Below, in pieces: positions 45,509-56,397 of a stretch of DNA of 64,000 bases. Both the position numbers and the translations under genes were made by a program. The DNA is taken from NCBI GenBank assembly GCA_040387635.1, contig JAZKDJ010000001.1, positions 115,851 through 179,850 of the forward strand. The letters are read 5' to 3'. The notes under the pieces are model-generated. The model was not told the origin of the DNA. It searched no databases and was given only the letters and a program-made list of their open reading frames with translations. Numbering within the stretch: position 1 is the stretch's first letter; every line of letters begins with the position of its first letter. This DNA comes from Patescibacteria group bacterium (GTDB taxonomy: Bacteria > Patescibacteriota > Minisyncoccia > Phycocordibacterales > PALSA-1337).

Positions 45509-48500
45509 TTAAATCCCCTTCACTATCCCCCTAGTCTTTGGTCCAAAATATCCCGCTGCTGGAGTTATACCTTTTGCTTGCTGGAATTTAATGAGTGCTG
45601 CTTTGGTAGCAGGACCAAACGTAGTCGATTCATTTCCCTTTGATCCGAATCCTGTCACAGAGACAGTGTAACCATTGTTGTTCAAGAATACTTGAAGAGC
45701 TCTCACGTCTTCTCCTACAGATCCCATTTGGAGATCTCGAGTGAAAATAGCTACAGATGTTCTTACCGGAGAAACCACAGTTCCCGTAGGCGTTACAGAT
45801 ATTATAGGTGCTGCAGTTACGCCTGAATTGTTATTAATTTTTCCTCGAGTAATAGGTCCGAAATATCCTGTGGCCGGAGTGATGCCGTGAGCGAGCTGAT
45901 ACTTAATGAGCGCTTGTTGAGTGAAGGTTTCAAAAAGTCCTGTAACATACGCAGAAGCTAGGTATCCGCTTTTCACGAGGAATTTCTGAAGGTAGATAAC
46001 ATCGACACCCTTTGAATTGATAGTCAGATCTCGAGTAAACGTATACCCAGCTGATATGCCACCGCCCGAAGGTGCTGAATATGTTAATGGAGCAGCTGAT
46101 GAAGTAACTACAACTGGAGCAACTACTGACGCAGTTGAAGTAGTCGCAACAGTCGGTGCTCTAGGAGTTATTCTTGATCCGCCGCCACCACCTCCTCCTC
46201 CTGACGATCTTGTCGTAAACGTCTCATCTGACGAAGTACTTGTCATACCATCCACATCAGTCGATACTACTTGGAAATGATATGTCGTCCTTTTTAAAAG
46301 ACCTGTAATCTCAACTTCATGATTGAGCACCCTGTCTGCATCTAATGACGTAACGCTGCCATATGACGAAGTTAATCCATAATATATTTGGCTGTCTGCC
46401 GCCTCGTCAGTCCTCCAAGTTATAGAAGTGCTCGTTTGTCCGGGATTAGCATCTACGGAAGAAATCACAGGAGCAACCGGCGCTGCAACGGCTGTGGTGG
46501 TAAATGTTTTATCAGTTGAATTCGCCACATTACCTGAAGAGTCAGCAACATTAATACGGAAGTGATACACCGTTGAAGGTGTAAGTCCTGAAAGATTGTA
46601 TACATGTGAAGTTGCAGAAGTATTTGAGGAAGAAGCCGTACCATAGCTTGTGGTCAATCCATAATCAACAGTCGATGTCGCTGATTCACTTGTATTCCAT
46701 GTAATCCTTGCTGTTGTTGCAGCAGTAGTTGAAGCAATAGATGTAATGGAAGGTGCTGTCGTATCCGTTTGTCCAGGATCTAGTCCGTTAACATATCTAT
46801 ATCCGGCGGGAATATCTTCAACAGATACAGTAGGATCAGACGGATCAAAAGGAGGCCAATTAAGGTTATTAAAATATGACGGCTTACTTGATCGGAAAAG
46901 TGAACTCGGCATCGTCTCACCGTTCGCAAGTTCCTCAAAAGAACTTATTCCTCCATCAACATAGTTATTTTTCTTAAGCGCAGTAAGATTCACTTCCATA
47001 TCAAGTTCCTGGAATCCTTCAGAACGTGGCCAGATCGCAGCTGCAGTTCCGGAATCAGGAAGAGCTGCACCAACTGAGTACGTCACCGCAAGCTCAATTG
47101 TATCTGTATTAAGGTTTAGAGTTTTTATGTAACTAAATCTATATTTATTATCATCTTTGCCGAGTCCCCAATCCAAACCTATTGGGTGGGCACATCCAGA
47201 AAGAACAGTAGCGCTCGTGCTGCCGCAGCCAAGTATGAGCATGTAGCTATAAAGACGTACAGCGTCCACATGTGAATTAAGCACTAAACTTCCCTCTGTA
47301 CTTGAAGCCTTGGTGAATATGCCGGCAATCGTAGGACCGACAGTCGGATTCCAATCTTTCCAATAAACACCTTGGCTCGGCAAAGCAAAGCCATCACTGT
47401 TGCCGTTGCCGATGTTTGGCTGGCCAAAGCTGTAGCCTGAGGCAATATTTCCTATGTAATTAAAATACCTTGAAAATCTCTTACCCACAAAAAATCCTGT
47501 CACATAGTTTCGGAAATACGTCGCATTTCCTTCACCTCCATAGTATCCATCAGACTTAAATTCATCAGCATAGTTTCCTTCATAAAGGTTATAGTCGCTA
47601 TACGCGCCGTGATTAGTATTGCTGTTTCCCTTCATATAATTAAAGGCAAATACGTTTCCTGTCGATGCGTTGATTTCAATTACAGGGAATGCATCAATGA
47701 ACGCGTTATCTTCGACAAGACAGTTATACATACCTCCTGACAAAAGTCCGGCTTTGTTTGAACCAGCACTTGAAAACTGTATCTCACTGTGCCGGATTTC
47801 ACATCCCAATGATTGTGAGACTCGGATACCGTAGTTGGTAATGCCGGTGACTTTGACATTTTTTACCCACGTATTGTATACACCGTCCAAAGCAATACCG
47901 AGCTGAACCAAAGAATTCGATCCATCAAGCGTAAAGTCCTCCAATCCAACGTTCGAGACAACCTGCGCCCCTGGCACGGCATAGACAGTAGTACTTGCTG
48001 CATCGATATCTGCTGTTACGGCAGGAAAAATAGAAACTGTATTATTCAATGTCGAAACAGCGGTAACTCGGGTTATCTGGTAGCGAATCCTGTTTCCTCC
48101 AGTCGGAGCAATGACAGGAATAGTATCGTCATTACGCGTATTGATGACAGCCAAGTCGCCTACTTGAAACAAAGATGCGTCGGCAACAGTAAGCTCTGTA
48201 CTGCCTTTGACTGCTCCTGACAATACATTCGAAATCGGATAACTGAGCTCCACACCAACGCCTCGCAACGAAATTCCGTTTAACCTAACATCAAACACGG
48301 TTTCATCTCTTCCGGCTCCGCGCAATGTGACATTACTTTTGTTTTGAAGATAAATTCCACCATTAAGGATATATGTTCCGGCAGGAATGTATATAACGTC
48401 ACCGCTGGCTGCTGCGTTAACAGCAGCTTGAATTCCTGGCGAAGCGTCATGAGCAAATTCAACCAGGCTTGATGTTGCATACGTGATTGACGCAGCAAGT

Positions 48501-50362
48501 GTAATAGTGTTTCCGTTTATGGCTGTAATAGTAGTACTTAAGCCGGTATTGTAAGCTAGTCCATGCTGAACATATACCGCCTGCCCCACAGAAAAGTTTG
48601 CGGCCGATCCTACTACCACATCACTTGATTGATTTGTAATAGCAGCAGTCGTAATGACACCTGAAGTATCAACGAGATACGGTGACGCTGTTACGTCAAC
48701 AATGTTAGTTCTTCCGGTAATATACTGGTCAATTCCACCTACAACTCCCACAGAAACACCCGGCGTCCAATCTGTTCTGCGCTCTTCTGGTAATAATGTA
48801 CCTAGAGATCCTGCTGTAGTAGTGGCGTACACAGTCGCAGATTGAGGAGAATCATAGCCAGCAGAATCATGCGCGATAATGTAATAACTATATGTAGTAG
48901 CCGGACTCACACCTCTATCCTGATAATAATTTACGCTCGTATCTTCATATGGAGAAATGTAATCAACAGGATCAACTGTATCAATTAATACTCCGTTTCT
49001 ATAAATCTTGTATCCAGTCACAGTGCCGTCATTATCTGTCGACTGCCGCCATACAAGGTTAATGTGGTCTGGAGCAATACCTTTTGCCGAAACATACAAA
49101 GGAATTGTTGGGCCCGGCGTAGTGGTTATAAACGTCGCATCAGTAGATGTACCAAGCACGTCAGTACCGTTCCTTGAGCGGACATTGTAATGATATGTTG
49201 TTCCACTCGAAAGTCCCGTAATAGTAACTCTATGAGATGTAGTAGCGGTCGTTACAAGCGTTGTAGATGCTGTATAAGAAGATGTTGGACCATATTCTAC
49301 CTGAGTATCTGACAAGTCATCAGTAGTCCACGTAATCGTTGCTGCTGTGTTTGTGGTTGATGTAACAATTGATGAAATAACCGGCGCCGTAAGATCAGGT
49401 GTTGCAGTTGTAAATGTTCGATCGGATGACGTAGCTAGATTCCCAGCTGAATCTGACGATGAAATTTGGAAATGGTACACCGTACTAGGAGTGAGGCCCG
49501 TCAATGTAACACTATGAACAGTATTAAAACCAGCAGTGCTTGAGGCAGAACCATATGCCGTAGTAGCACCATAATTTATAGTTGAAGAAGCTGCTTCTAC
49601 GGTAGTCCATGTAATCGTTGCTGTCGTATTTGTAGTTGACGTAGCAATTGATGAAAGTACAGGCGGAGCAACATCGGCCCCTTCGTTGTTATAGAGTTGT
49701 AAAATATCAGCGTCAGACAATGCTCGAGAATATATACGAACATCATCTATATCTCCTGTAAAAGCAGTATATCGGCCTGAACCGATACTTATACCACCAA
49801 CAAAAACTCCACCGCCATAAGATTCCACACCAGCACCTACAGGACTTCCATTCAGATAATATTCTCCAGTAGTTGCGTCTATTATTACAGAGCACACATG
49901 CTGCCATGTATCTACAGTAAGACTAATTGCATTGGAACCGCCAAAACCGCCAAGAGTCTCCGTGTATAGACTCTGATTTATTCCATCGGATTGAATATAT
50001 AAACCATTAGCAATAGCAGGTATGATTCCCGTTATGCCAGAAATAATAGTTGTCGGCTTAATCCAAGCACATTCTGTAACTGGCCATGAGGTAAAGTTAA
50101 GTGGTGCAGTAACTTGTCCATCGACTCCATCAAACCTTAAAGCATAACTATTTATCCTTCCTGTTGTATATGTAGCGCCTCCGCTTATTGTTCCAGTATT
50201 CCCTGATGAAGATGAGTCGTTCGCTGTTGTACCAGAGCCTTCTTCAAAATTAAATTGATCGATAAGTCCTGTCGAGATATCAGCACGCGCGTACCCTGTA
50301 AAACTTAAAAAAATGAATACCGGGAGTGCGATTACTATAAAAAAATTTCTAAGACACTTCAT
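45509..50362 (-). CDS. giant secreted protein: LamG - 3x FN3 - right-handed beta-helix - 2x FN3 - Gly7 linker - 2x peptidoglycan-binding domain
   Basis: 1617-aa ORF; signal peptide; LamG_3 end motif GDIDDVRIYSRALSDADILQLY; GLTPSTVYHF FN3 repeats; beta-helix entry AAASGDVIYIPAGTYILNG; C-terminal PG_binding_1 repeats. Confidence 0.85.
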   Translation of the reverse strand: MKCLRNFFIVIALPVFIFLSFTGYARADISTGLIDQFNFEEGSGTTANDSSSSGNTGTISGGATYTTGRINSYALRFDGVDGQVTAPLNFTSWPVTECAWIKPTTIISGITGIIPAIANGLYIQSDGINQSLYTETLGGFGGSNAISLTVDTWQHVCSVIIDATTGEYYLNGSPVGAGVESYGGGVFVGGISIGSGRYTAFTGDIDDVRIYSRALSDADILQLYNNEGADVAPPVLSSIATSTTNTTATITWTTVEAASSTINYGATTAYGSASSTAGFNTVHSVTLTGLTPSTVYHFQISSSDSAGNLATSSDRTFTTATPDLTAPVISSIVTSTTNTAATITWTTDDLSDTQVEYGPTSSYTASTTLVTTATTSHRVTITGLSSGTTYHYNVRSRNGTDVLGTSTDATFITTTPGPTIPLYVSAKGIAPDHINLVWRQSTDNDGTVTGYKIYRNGVLIDTVDPVDYISPYEDTSVNYYQDRGVSPATTYSYYIIAHDSAGYDSPQSATVYATTTAGSLGTLLPEERRTDWTPGVSVGVVGGIDQYITGRTNIVDVTASPYLVDTSGVITTAAITNQSSDVVVGSAANFSVGQAVYVQHGLAYNTGLSTTITAINGNTITLAASITYATSSLVEFAHDASPGIQAAVNAAASGDVIYIPAGTYILNGGIYLQNKSNVTLRGAGRDETVFDVRLNGISLRGVGVELSYPISNVLSGAVKGSTELTVADASLFQVGDLAVINTRNDDTIPVIAPTGGNRIRYQITRVTAVSTLNNTVSIFPAVTADIDAASTTVYAVPGAQVVSNVGLEDFTLDGSNSLVQLGIALDGVYNTWVKNVKVTGITNYGIRVSQSLGCEIRHSEIQFSSAGSNKAGLLSGGMYNCLVEDNAFIDAFPVIEINASTGNVFAFNYMKGNSNTNHGAYSDYNLYEGNYADEFKSDGYYGGEGNATYFRNYVTGFFVGKRFSRYFNYIGNIASGYSFGQPNIGNGNSDGFALPSQGVYWKDWNPTVGPTIAGIFTKASSTEGSLVLNSHVDAVRLYSYMLILGCGSTSATVLSGCAHPIGLDWGLGKDDNKYRFSYIKTLNLNTDTIELAVTYSVGAALPDSGTAAAIWPRSEGFQELDMEVNLTALKKNNYVDGGISSFEELANGETMPSSLFRSSKPSYFNNLNWPPFDPSDPTVSVEDIPAGYRYVNGLDPGQTDTTAPSITSIASTTAATTARITWNTSESATSTVDYGLTTSYGTASSSNTSATSHVYNLSGLTPSTVYHFRINVADSSGNVANSTDKTFTTTAVAAPVAPVISSVDANPGQTSTSITWRTDEAADSQIYYGLTSSYGSVTSLDADRVLNHEVEITGLLKRTTYHFQVVSTDVDGMTSTSSDETFTTRSSGGGGGGGGSRITPRAPTVATTSTASVVAPVVVTSSAAPLTYSAPSGGGISAGYTFTRDLTINSKGVDVIYLQKFLVKSGYLASAYVTGLFETFTQQALIKYQLAHGITPATGYFGPITRGKINNNSGVTAAPIISVTPTGTVVSPVRTSVAIFTRDLQMGSVGEDVRALQVFLNNNGYTVSVTGFGSKGNESTTFGPATKAALIKFQQAKGITPAAGYFGPKTRGIVKGI

Positions 50363-50391
50363 TCATAAAAGTATATCATAGACACTCACTG

Positions 50392-50478
50392 CGGAGAGAG
50401 AGGGATTCGAACCCTCGATACCCTTTCGGATATACTACCTTTCCAGGGTAGCCCATTCGACCGCTCTGGCATCTCTCC
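50392..50478 (-). tRNA. tRNA-Ser (anticodon GGA), no encoded CCA
   Basis: acceptor GGAGAGA/TCTCTCC, anticodon arm CTACC-CTGGAAA-GGTAG, long variable arm, T arm GAGGG-TTCGAAT-CCCTC. Confidence 0.92.
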
Positions 50479-50511
50479 AATATTTTATTTTATAATCTCA
50501 AACAATTAGAG

Positions 50512-51420
50512 TTACCAATTTCCACTTGAGCCTCCTCCTCCAGAACTGCCGCCGCCAAAGCCGCCGAAGCCTCCACTGTGAGATCCGCCTCCCAATCCTC
50601 CACCTCCAATCCACCATGGTGGACGAGTACCTGAAGTAACACTCCTGCCGTATGCGGATGATACTATAAAATCAAAGATAAAGCCCAAGATCGCGAGTCC
50701 GACAATTGCGATGATGCCTGTATAGACGAAACCAGCGATAACTCCAATTATGATTCCGATCACACCACCAACCACTCCTCCAGCCCACCAAGATTTAGAT
50801 CGAGCGAGAGCACTTGAAAGCCAGATAAGGACAAAGCCAATTACGTAGATGTAATTACCTAAATTTATATTTTTCCTGTTGGAATTTTCTTCAGGAATTA
50901 CTCCAACTTCCCCTCCTCCAACTGCAGTCTTCACCTGAACAAGTCCAGCTGAGATTCCTTCGTAATATCTCTCTTGCTGGAATTGAGGAGTAATAGTATT
51001 TCGAATGATGGAACTTGCAACGCTGTCTGGCAGATCTCCCTCAGATCCATAACCCACCTCCAAACGAAGCTGTCTGTCTTGGATTGCAATCAGGAGGAGT
51101 ACGCCCTTATCAGTTTCTTTGTCACCGATTCCCCACTCTCTATATAGAGTGTTGGAGTAGTCTTCTATAGCATCGCCACTAAGAGTTGGAATCGTTGCGA
51201 GGACTACTGAAGTTTTTGTCTGATCATAGAAAGCCGTGAGATCATCAGCCAGAGTCGCTTCCTGTTCGGCAGTCAGTATATTCGCGAAATCATTAACCGG
51301 TCCCGACTGCTTACCTGGGCTTACGTATGCAGAGACGATTGAAGCTGCACAAAGAAAAACTGCCATGGAAAGGATCTTCCATGAAGACTTCAGGGAAATC
51401 CGTGGCAGTATTCTTTTCAT
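50512..51420 (-). CDS. TPM-domain (YgcG-like) membrane protein with Gly-rich tail
   Basis: 302-aa ORF; signal, TPM core (VNDFANILT...VVLATIPTL...GVLLLIAIQDRQLRLEVGYG), TM helices, GGGSSGGGGSSGNW tail. Confidence 0.85.
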   Translation of the reverse strand: MKRILPRISLKSSWKILSMAVFLCAASIVSAYVSPGKQSGPVNDFANILTAEQEATLADDLTAFYDQTKTSVVLATIPTLSGDAIEDYSNTLYREWGIGDKETDKGVLLLIAIQDRQLRLEVGYGSEGDLPDSVASSIIRNTITPQFQQERYYEGISAGLVQVKTAVGGGEVGVIPEENSNRKNINLGNYIYVIGFVLIWLSSALARSKSWWAGGVVGGVIGIIIGVIAGFVYTGIIAIVGLAILGFIFDFIVSSAYGRSVTSGTRPPWWIGGGGLGGGSHSGGFGGFGGGSSGGGGSSGNW

Positions 51421-51425
51421 TGATG

Positions 51426-51983
51426 TTATTGCAATTCAACCTTAGGAGCTAGTTCAGTACCAGGAGCAGCCTCGAAGTATGGGCGTTCGCTATAGCCAAA
51501 CATTGAAGCTACGAGAGAGCTTGGAAATCTTCGTGTCGCAAGGTTGTACGTATTTACAGTCTGGTTGAAATCCCTTCGGGCAATCGCGATACGATTCTCA
51601 GTTCCAGCAAGCTCAGCAATGAGTGACTGAACATTCTCTGATGACTTGAGGATAGGATAGTTCTCTGTGATAACAAGCAATCGTGACAAAGCGCTATCGA
51701 GCTGACCTGCGGCTCGAACCTTATCATCAACAGTCGCTGCGCCTGCGTATCGAGAACGAGCATCTGCAATCTCAAGAAATATTGTCTGCTCCTGAACCAT
51801 GGCACCCTTTACGGCGTTCACGATGTTAGGAATAAGATCAAATCTTCGCTGATACTGGACTTCTACCTGCTGCCAGTCAGCAGTCACCTTCTCATCAAGG
51901 GAGATGATCCTATTGTATGTTCCAAACGCATAGAATGCGACAAGGAGAGCAACTACTATGACGATAATCCAGGTTTTTTTCAT
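51426..51983 (-). CDS. LemA family protein
   Basis: 185-aa ORF; N-terminal TM; LemA motifs (QVEVQYQRRFDLIPN, ENRIAIARRDFN..V..YN). Confidence 0.9.
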   Translation of the reverse strand: MKKTWIIVIVVALLVAFYAFGTYNRIISLDEKVTADWQQVEVQYQRRFDLIPNIVNAVKGAMVQEQTIFLEIADARSRYAGAATVDDKVRAAGQLDSALSRLLVITENYPILKSSENVQSLIAELAGTENRIAIARRDFNQTVNTYNLATRRFPSSLVASMFGYSERPYFEAAPGTELAPKVELQ

Positions 51984-52022
51984 AAAATTTTATAAGTTCT
52001 CTATTATTTCTTAAGGTCTAAT

Positions 52023-52667
52023 TTAACTGATCTTTACTCCCGATTTAACCGGTTCAATAATGACTGTATTCCTACATCTTACAATCAAGAAGGCAGCTAA
52101 CGCAACAATGGCACCTAATGTATCAGCAAGCATGTCCTTCTGCGCGTCCCAAATATCTCCCTGACTGCCAAGTACTTCGATGCCTGCAGCAGGATCGGCC
52201 ATCACTGCATACCACCATTCGAATATTTCATAGCCAGCAGCTACAGCCATGATTGAGAAAAGAGCAAAACAAATGATCACCCACTTTTTTCTCGCGAGAC
52301 TGTACACGTGAAGTAATTCAGCAATGGCGAATGCGTACAACCCAACACTGAAATGTCCCATGCGGTCATAATTATTTCTTTCAAATCCAAAAAATTCACT
52401 CACCGCTCCGAATGGAACTCTGGCAAACGTGTAATGTCCACCGATAGTATGAATGAATATAAGGAAGCTCATTAGAATGTATGACGTAGTAGAAAACCTA
52501 ATGCCCTTTATATAGAGTCCTGCAAGAATAAGAACAATTGGAATGATCGTCAGGTTCTCAGCCCACCACACATCACGCGCGTAGGGATTGATCGCAAGAA
52601 TAATGAATACAACCCAATACAGAATGAACAAACCAATGGCAACTTTGTTGTGGTTGGTCGGCTTCAT
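52023..52667 (-). CDS. DUF2238 (YjdF-like) membrane protein
   Basis: 214-aa ORF; GGHYTFARVPFG...ERNNYDRMGHF motif; TAATG overlap with upstream gene. Confidence 0.7.
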   Translation of the reverse strand: MKPTNHNKVAIGLFILYWVVFIILAINPYARDVWWAENLTIIPIVLILAGLYIKGIRFSTTSYILMSFLIFIHTIGGHYTFARVPFGAVSEFFGFERNNYDRMGHFSVGLYAFAIAELLHVYSLARKKWVIICFALFSIMAVAAGYEIFEWWYAVMADPAAGIEVLGSQGDIWDAQKDMLADTLGAIVALAAFLIVRCRNTVIIEPVKSGVKIS

Positions 52668-53353
52668 TATTTTGTAAATTTAAACGTCGCAAGCATTCCT
52701 TTGAGAACCATGTATACAGGATCAGCTTCTTCGTCCAAATTTGGATTTGTCCAATCTACACCATGTGAGACTGAGTCAAAGCGATAGATGCCATATTTTT
52801 CGCTGGCATAGTAGCACGAGAAACTAAGGATGCCCTCGAACCTGCCTGTTCTTATACAGTAGTATGTCTTGTCGCCTATTTTCTTTTCTTTAAACTCAGT
52901 CCATCTCTGTGGATGTTCACCACTTGCACCTAACACGACATTCTCCATGATTTGCTGCTGCCAGCTGTTTGCTGTGTACGGACGCTTTGCTGCAATAAAT
53001 TTCATCTCTATGGAATCAGGTCTGTCAGCGGTTTTCTTTGGGTCTGCATACTCAAATTTTACAATGCGATCTAGCGCACCGCCTTTGTTCTCATAGTACG
53101 ATGGATATTTTATTTCGAAATTGTTGGCAGCATTAGTATATGTCTTCCATGCGGTTGAGGTAGTTCCTGTGGTGGTGGTTGTCGTTGTAGTCGTAGTTGT
53201 GGTTACGGGGACAGTACCTGTACTTACAGTTACAGGCGGTGCAGGAGGATATAACCACTTTCCTATCCTTCCCTTATAAGCAAAAAGTACACCAGCGATA
53301 ATTATTAAAATAATGACCAAACCAATTGTTGAAAATCCACGATTTTGTTTCAT
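52667..53353 (-). CDS. membrane-anchored hypothetical protein with poly-Thr linker
   Basis: 228-aa ORF; TM anchor, PPAPPVTVSTGTVPVTTTTTTTTTTTTGTTST linker, globular C-terminal domain. Confidence 0.55.
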   Translation of the reverse strand: MKQNRGFSTIGLVIILIIIAGVLFAYKGRIGKWLYPPAPPVTVSTGTVPVTTTTTTTTTTTTGTTSTAWKTYTNAANNFEIKYPSYYENKGGALDRIVKFEYADPKKTADRPDSIEMKFIAAKRPYTANSWQQQIMENVVLGASGEHPQRWTEFKEKKIGDKTYYCIRTGRFEGILSFSCYYASEKYGIYRFDSVSHGVDWTNPNLDEEADPVYMVLKGMLATFKFTK

Positions 53354-53446
53354 ACTTTTAATAATAACACTTTAAATGAAGTGAAGATTAATATTTGACA
53401 TATACTAATTTGTATTATATTTTAATTAAAGAATTTAGCGTTTGTC

Positions 53447-53938
53447 ATGAATCGACCTTACAACCACCGCACGTTTAGTCCCCAAGGAAAACTCGTTTTG
53501 TTGGGGTTTGCAATATGCTTCCTATCTGCATGGATATGGACAGTGTTCGCCCAAGCCAACGCAGCCAAATCTGTTCGGAACACTCTTCCTCCAGTCACTC
53601 CCTCAAACTGGGTACTCTGGCTGGAGAAATTCGAACCAGGGATCTACGAAGTCCAGGGCACGTGGTGGATGGGCGACAGCTTGGATACGAACATGATCCA
53701 ACTAGTCCTACTTAATGGACCAGTAAAAATTGAGCTCGATCACGAACGCCGAGAAGTGAGTTCCATCGCTCAACACAACTCGCAACCCAAGCTCGTGAGC
53801 CTTCGAAGGCAGCCCTATTTCTACGGCGCCGACGAGGCTTCAGGAACAAACATCTTCACAGGTTTCGCGGAAGTCGTAGTGGGAAAAGACGGCACAAACC
53901 ACCTGAAAACCTTCAGACCTTTCGAACCCAAAAAATAG
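53447..53938 (+). CDS. hypothetical signal-anchored protein (G+C-rich orphan)
   Basis: 163-aa ORF; TM/signal LVLLGFAICFLSAWIWTVFAQANA; 32/60 G+C in line 53581-53640; own terminator. Confidence 0.45.
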   Translation: MNRPYNHRTFSPQGKLVLLGFAICFLSAWIWTVFAQANAAKSVRNTLPPVTPSNWVLWLEKFEPGIYEVQGTWWMGDSLDTNMIQLVLLNGPVKIELDHERREVSSIAQHNSQPKLVSLRRQPYFYGADEASGTNIFTGFAEVVVGKDGTNHLKTFRPFEPKK

Positions 53939-53954
53939 CTGGCACAGCCAAACG

Positions 53955-53990
53955 AAAACACCGAGAAGAAATTCTCGGTGTTTTAATTTT
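53955..53990. terminator. bidirectional terminator (orphan ORF / groEL)
   Basis: ACACCGAGA-agaaat-TCTCGGTGT with A-run and T-run flanks. Confidence 0.85.
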
Positions 53991-54003
53991 TATTAAGCGT
54001 TCT

Positions 54004-55988
<1,985 letters not shown>

Positions 55989-56107
55989 GTCTTGTTTGAA
56001 TTATTGGCTAATAATATGATGTTTTAAATGCGTCTGTGTTTACAAAGTATATACAAAAAGTAGAGGTTTTCAATAGCAGCTTGAGACCTCTGTTTTCCAC
56101 CACTATG

Positions 56108-56136
56108 TTGCCAGACCTTCTTACCTATGCTAGTAT
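56108..56136 (+). promoter_or_regulatory. promoter TTGCCA-N17-(TGC)TAGTAT for secG
   Basis: -35/-10 pair with 17-nt spacer; -10 ends 7 nt before ATG 56144. Confidence 0.6.
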
Positions 56137-56143
56137 CACTCCA

Positions 56144-56377
56144 ATGACTACTATTTCCACTGTAATCTCATACGCGCAGATTATTTTGTCCGTACTCCTC
56201 GTAATAGCTATCCTTCTTCAACGAACAGGGGCTCAGCTTGGGGGTGCATTCGGCGGCGGAGATAATTTTAGTTCAGTATTCCATACACGACGCGGAGCTG
56301 AGAAAACACTCTTTACCACAACCATTGTCATTGCGATTCTATTCGCGATCACAGCTCTTCTTGCTCTCGTGTACTAA
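56144..56377 (+). CDS. secG: preprotein translocase subunit SecG
   Basis: 77-aa ORF from the internal ATG; two TM helices with LLQRTGAQLGGAFGGG loop; the 56036 start would run through the promoter. Confidence 0.8.
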   Translation: MTTISTVISYAQIILSVLLVIAILLQRTGAQLGGAFGGGDNFSSVFHTRRGAEKTLFTTTIVIAILFAITALLALVY

Positions 56378-56397
56378 CCGTACATCTATCATTTATC

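Noticed and set aside
46180-46205. Homopolymeric codon runs (Gly7 at about 46180-46205; Thr11 at 53160-53215) as possible phase-variation tracts
   Set aside because: The DNA is not a simple mono- or dinucleotide repeat because mixed synonymous codons are used, so slipped-strand switching is unlikely. They read as protein linkers.
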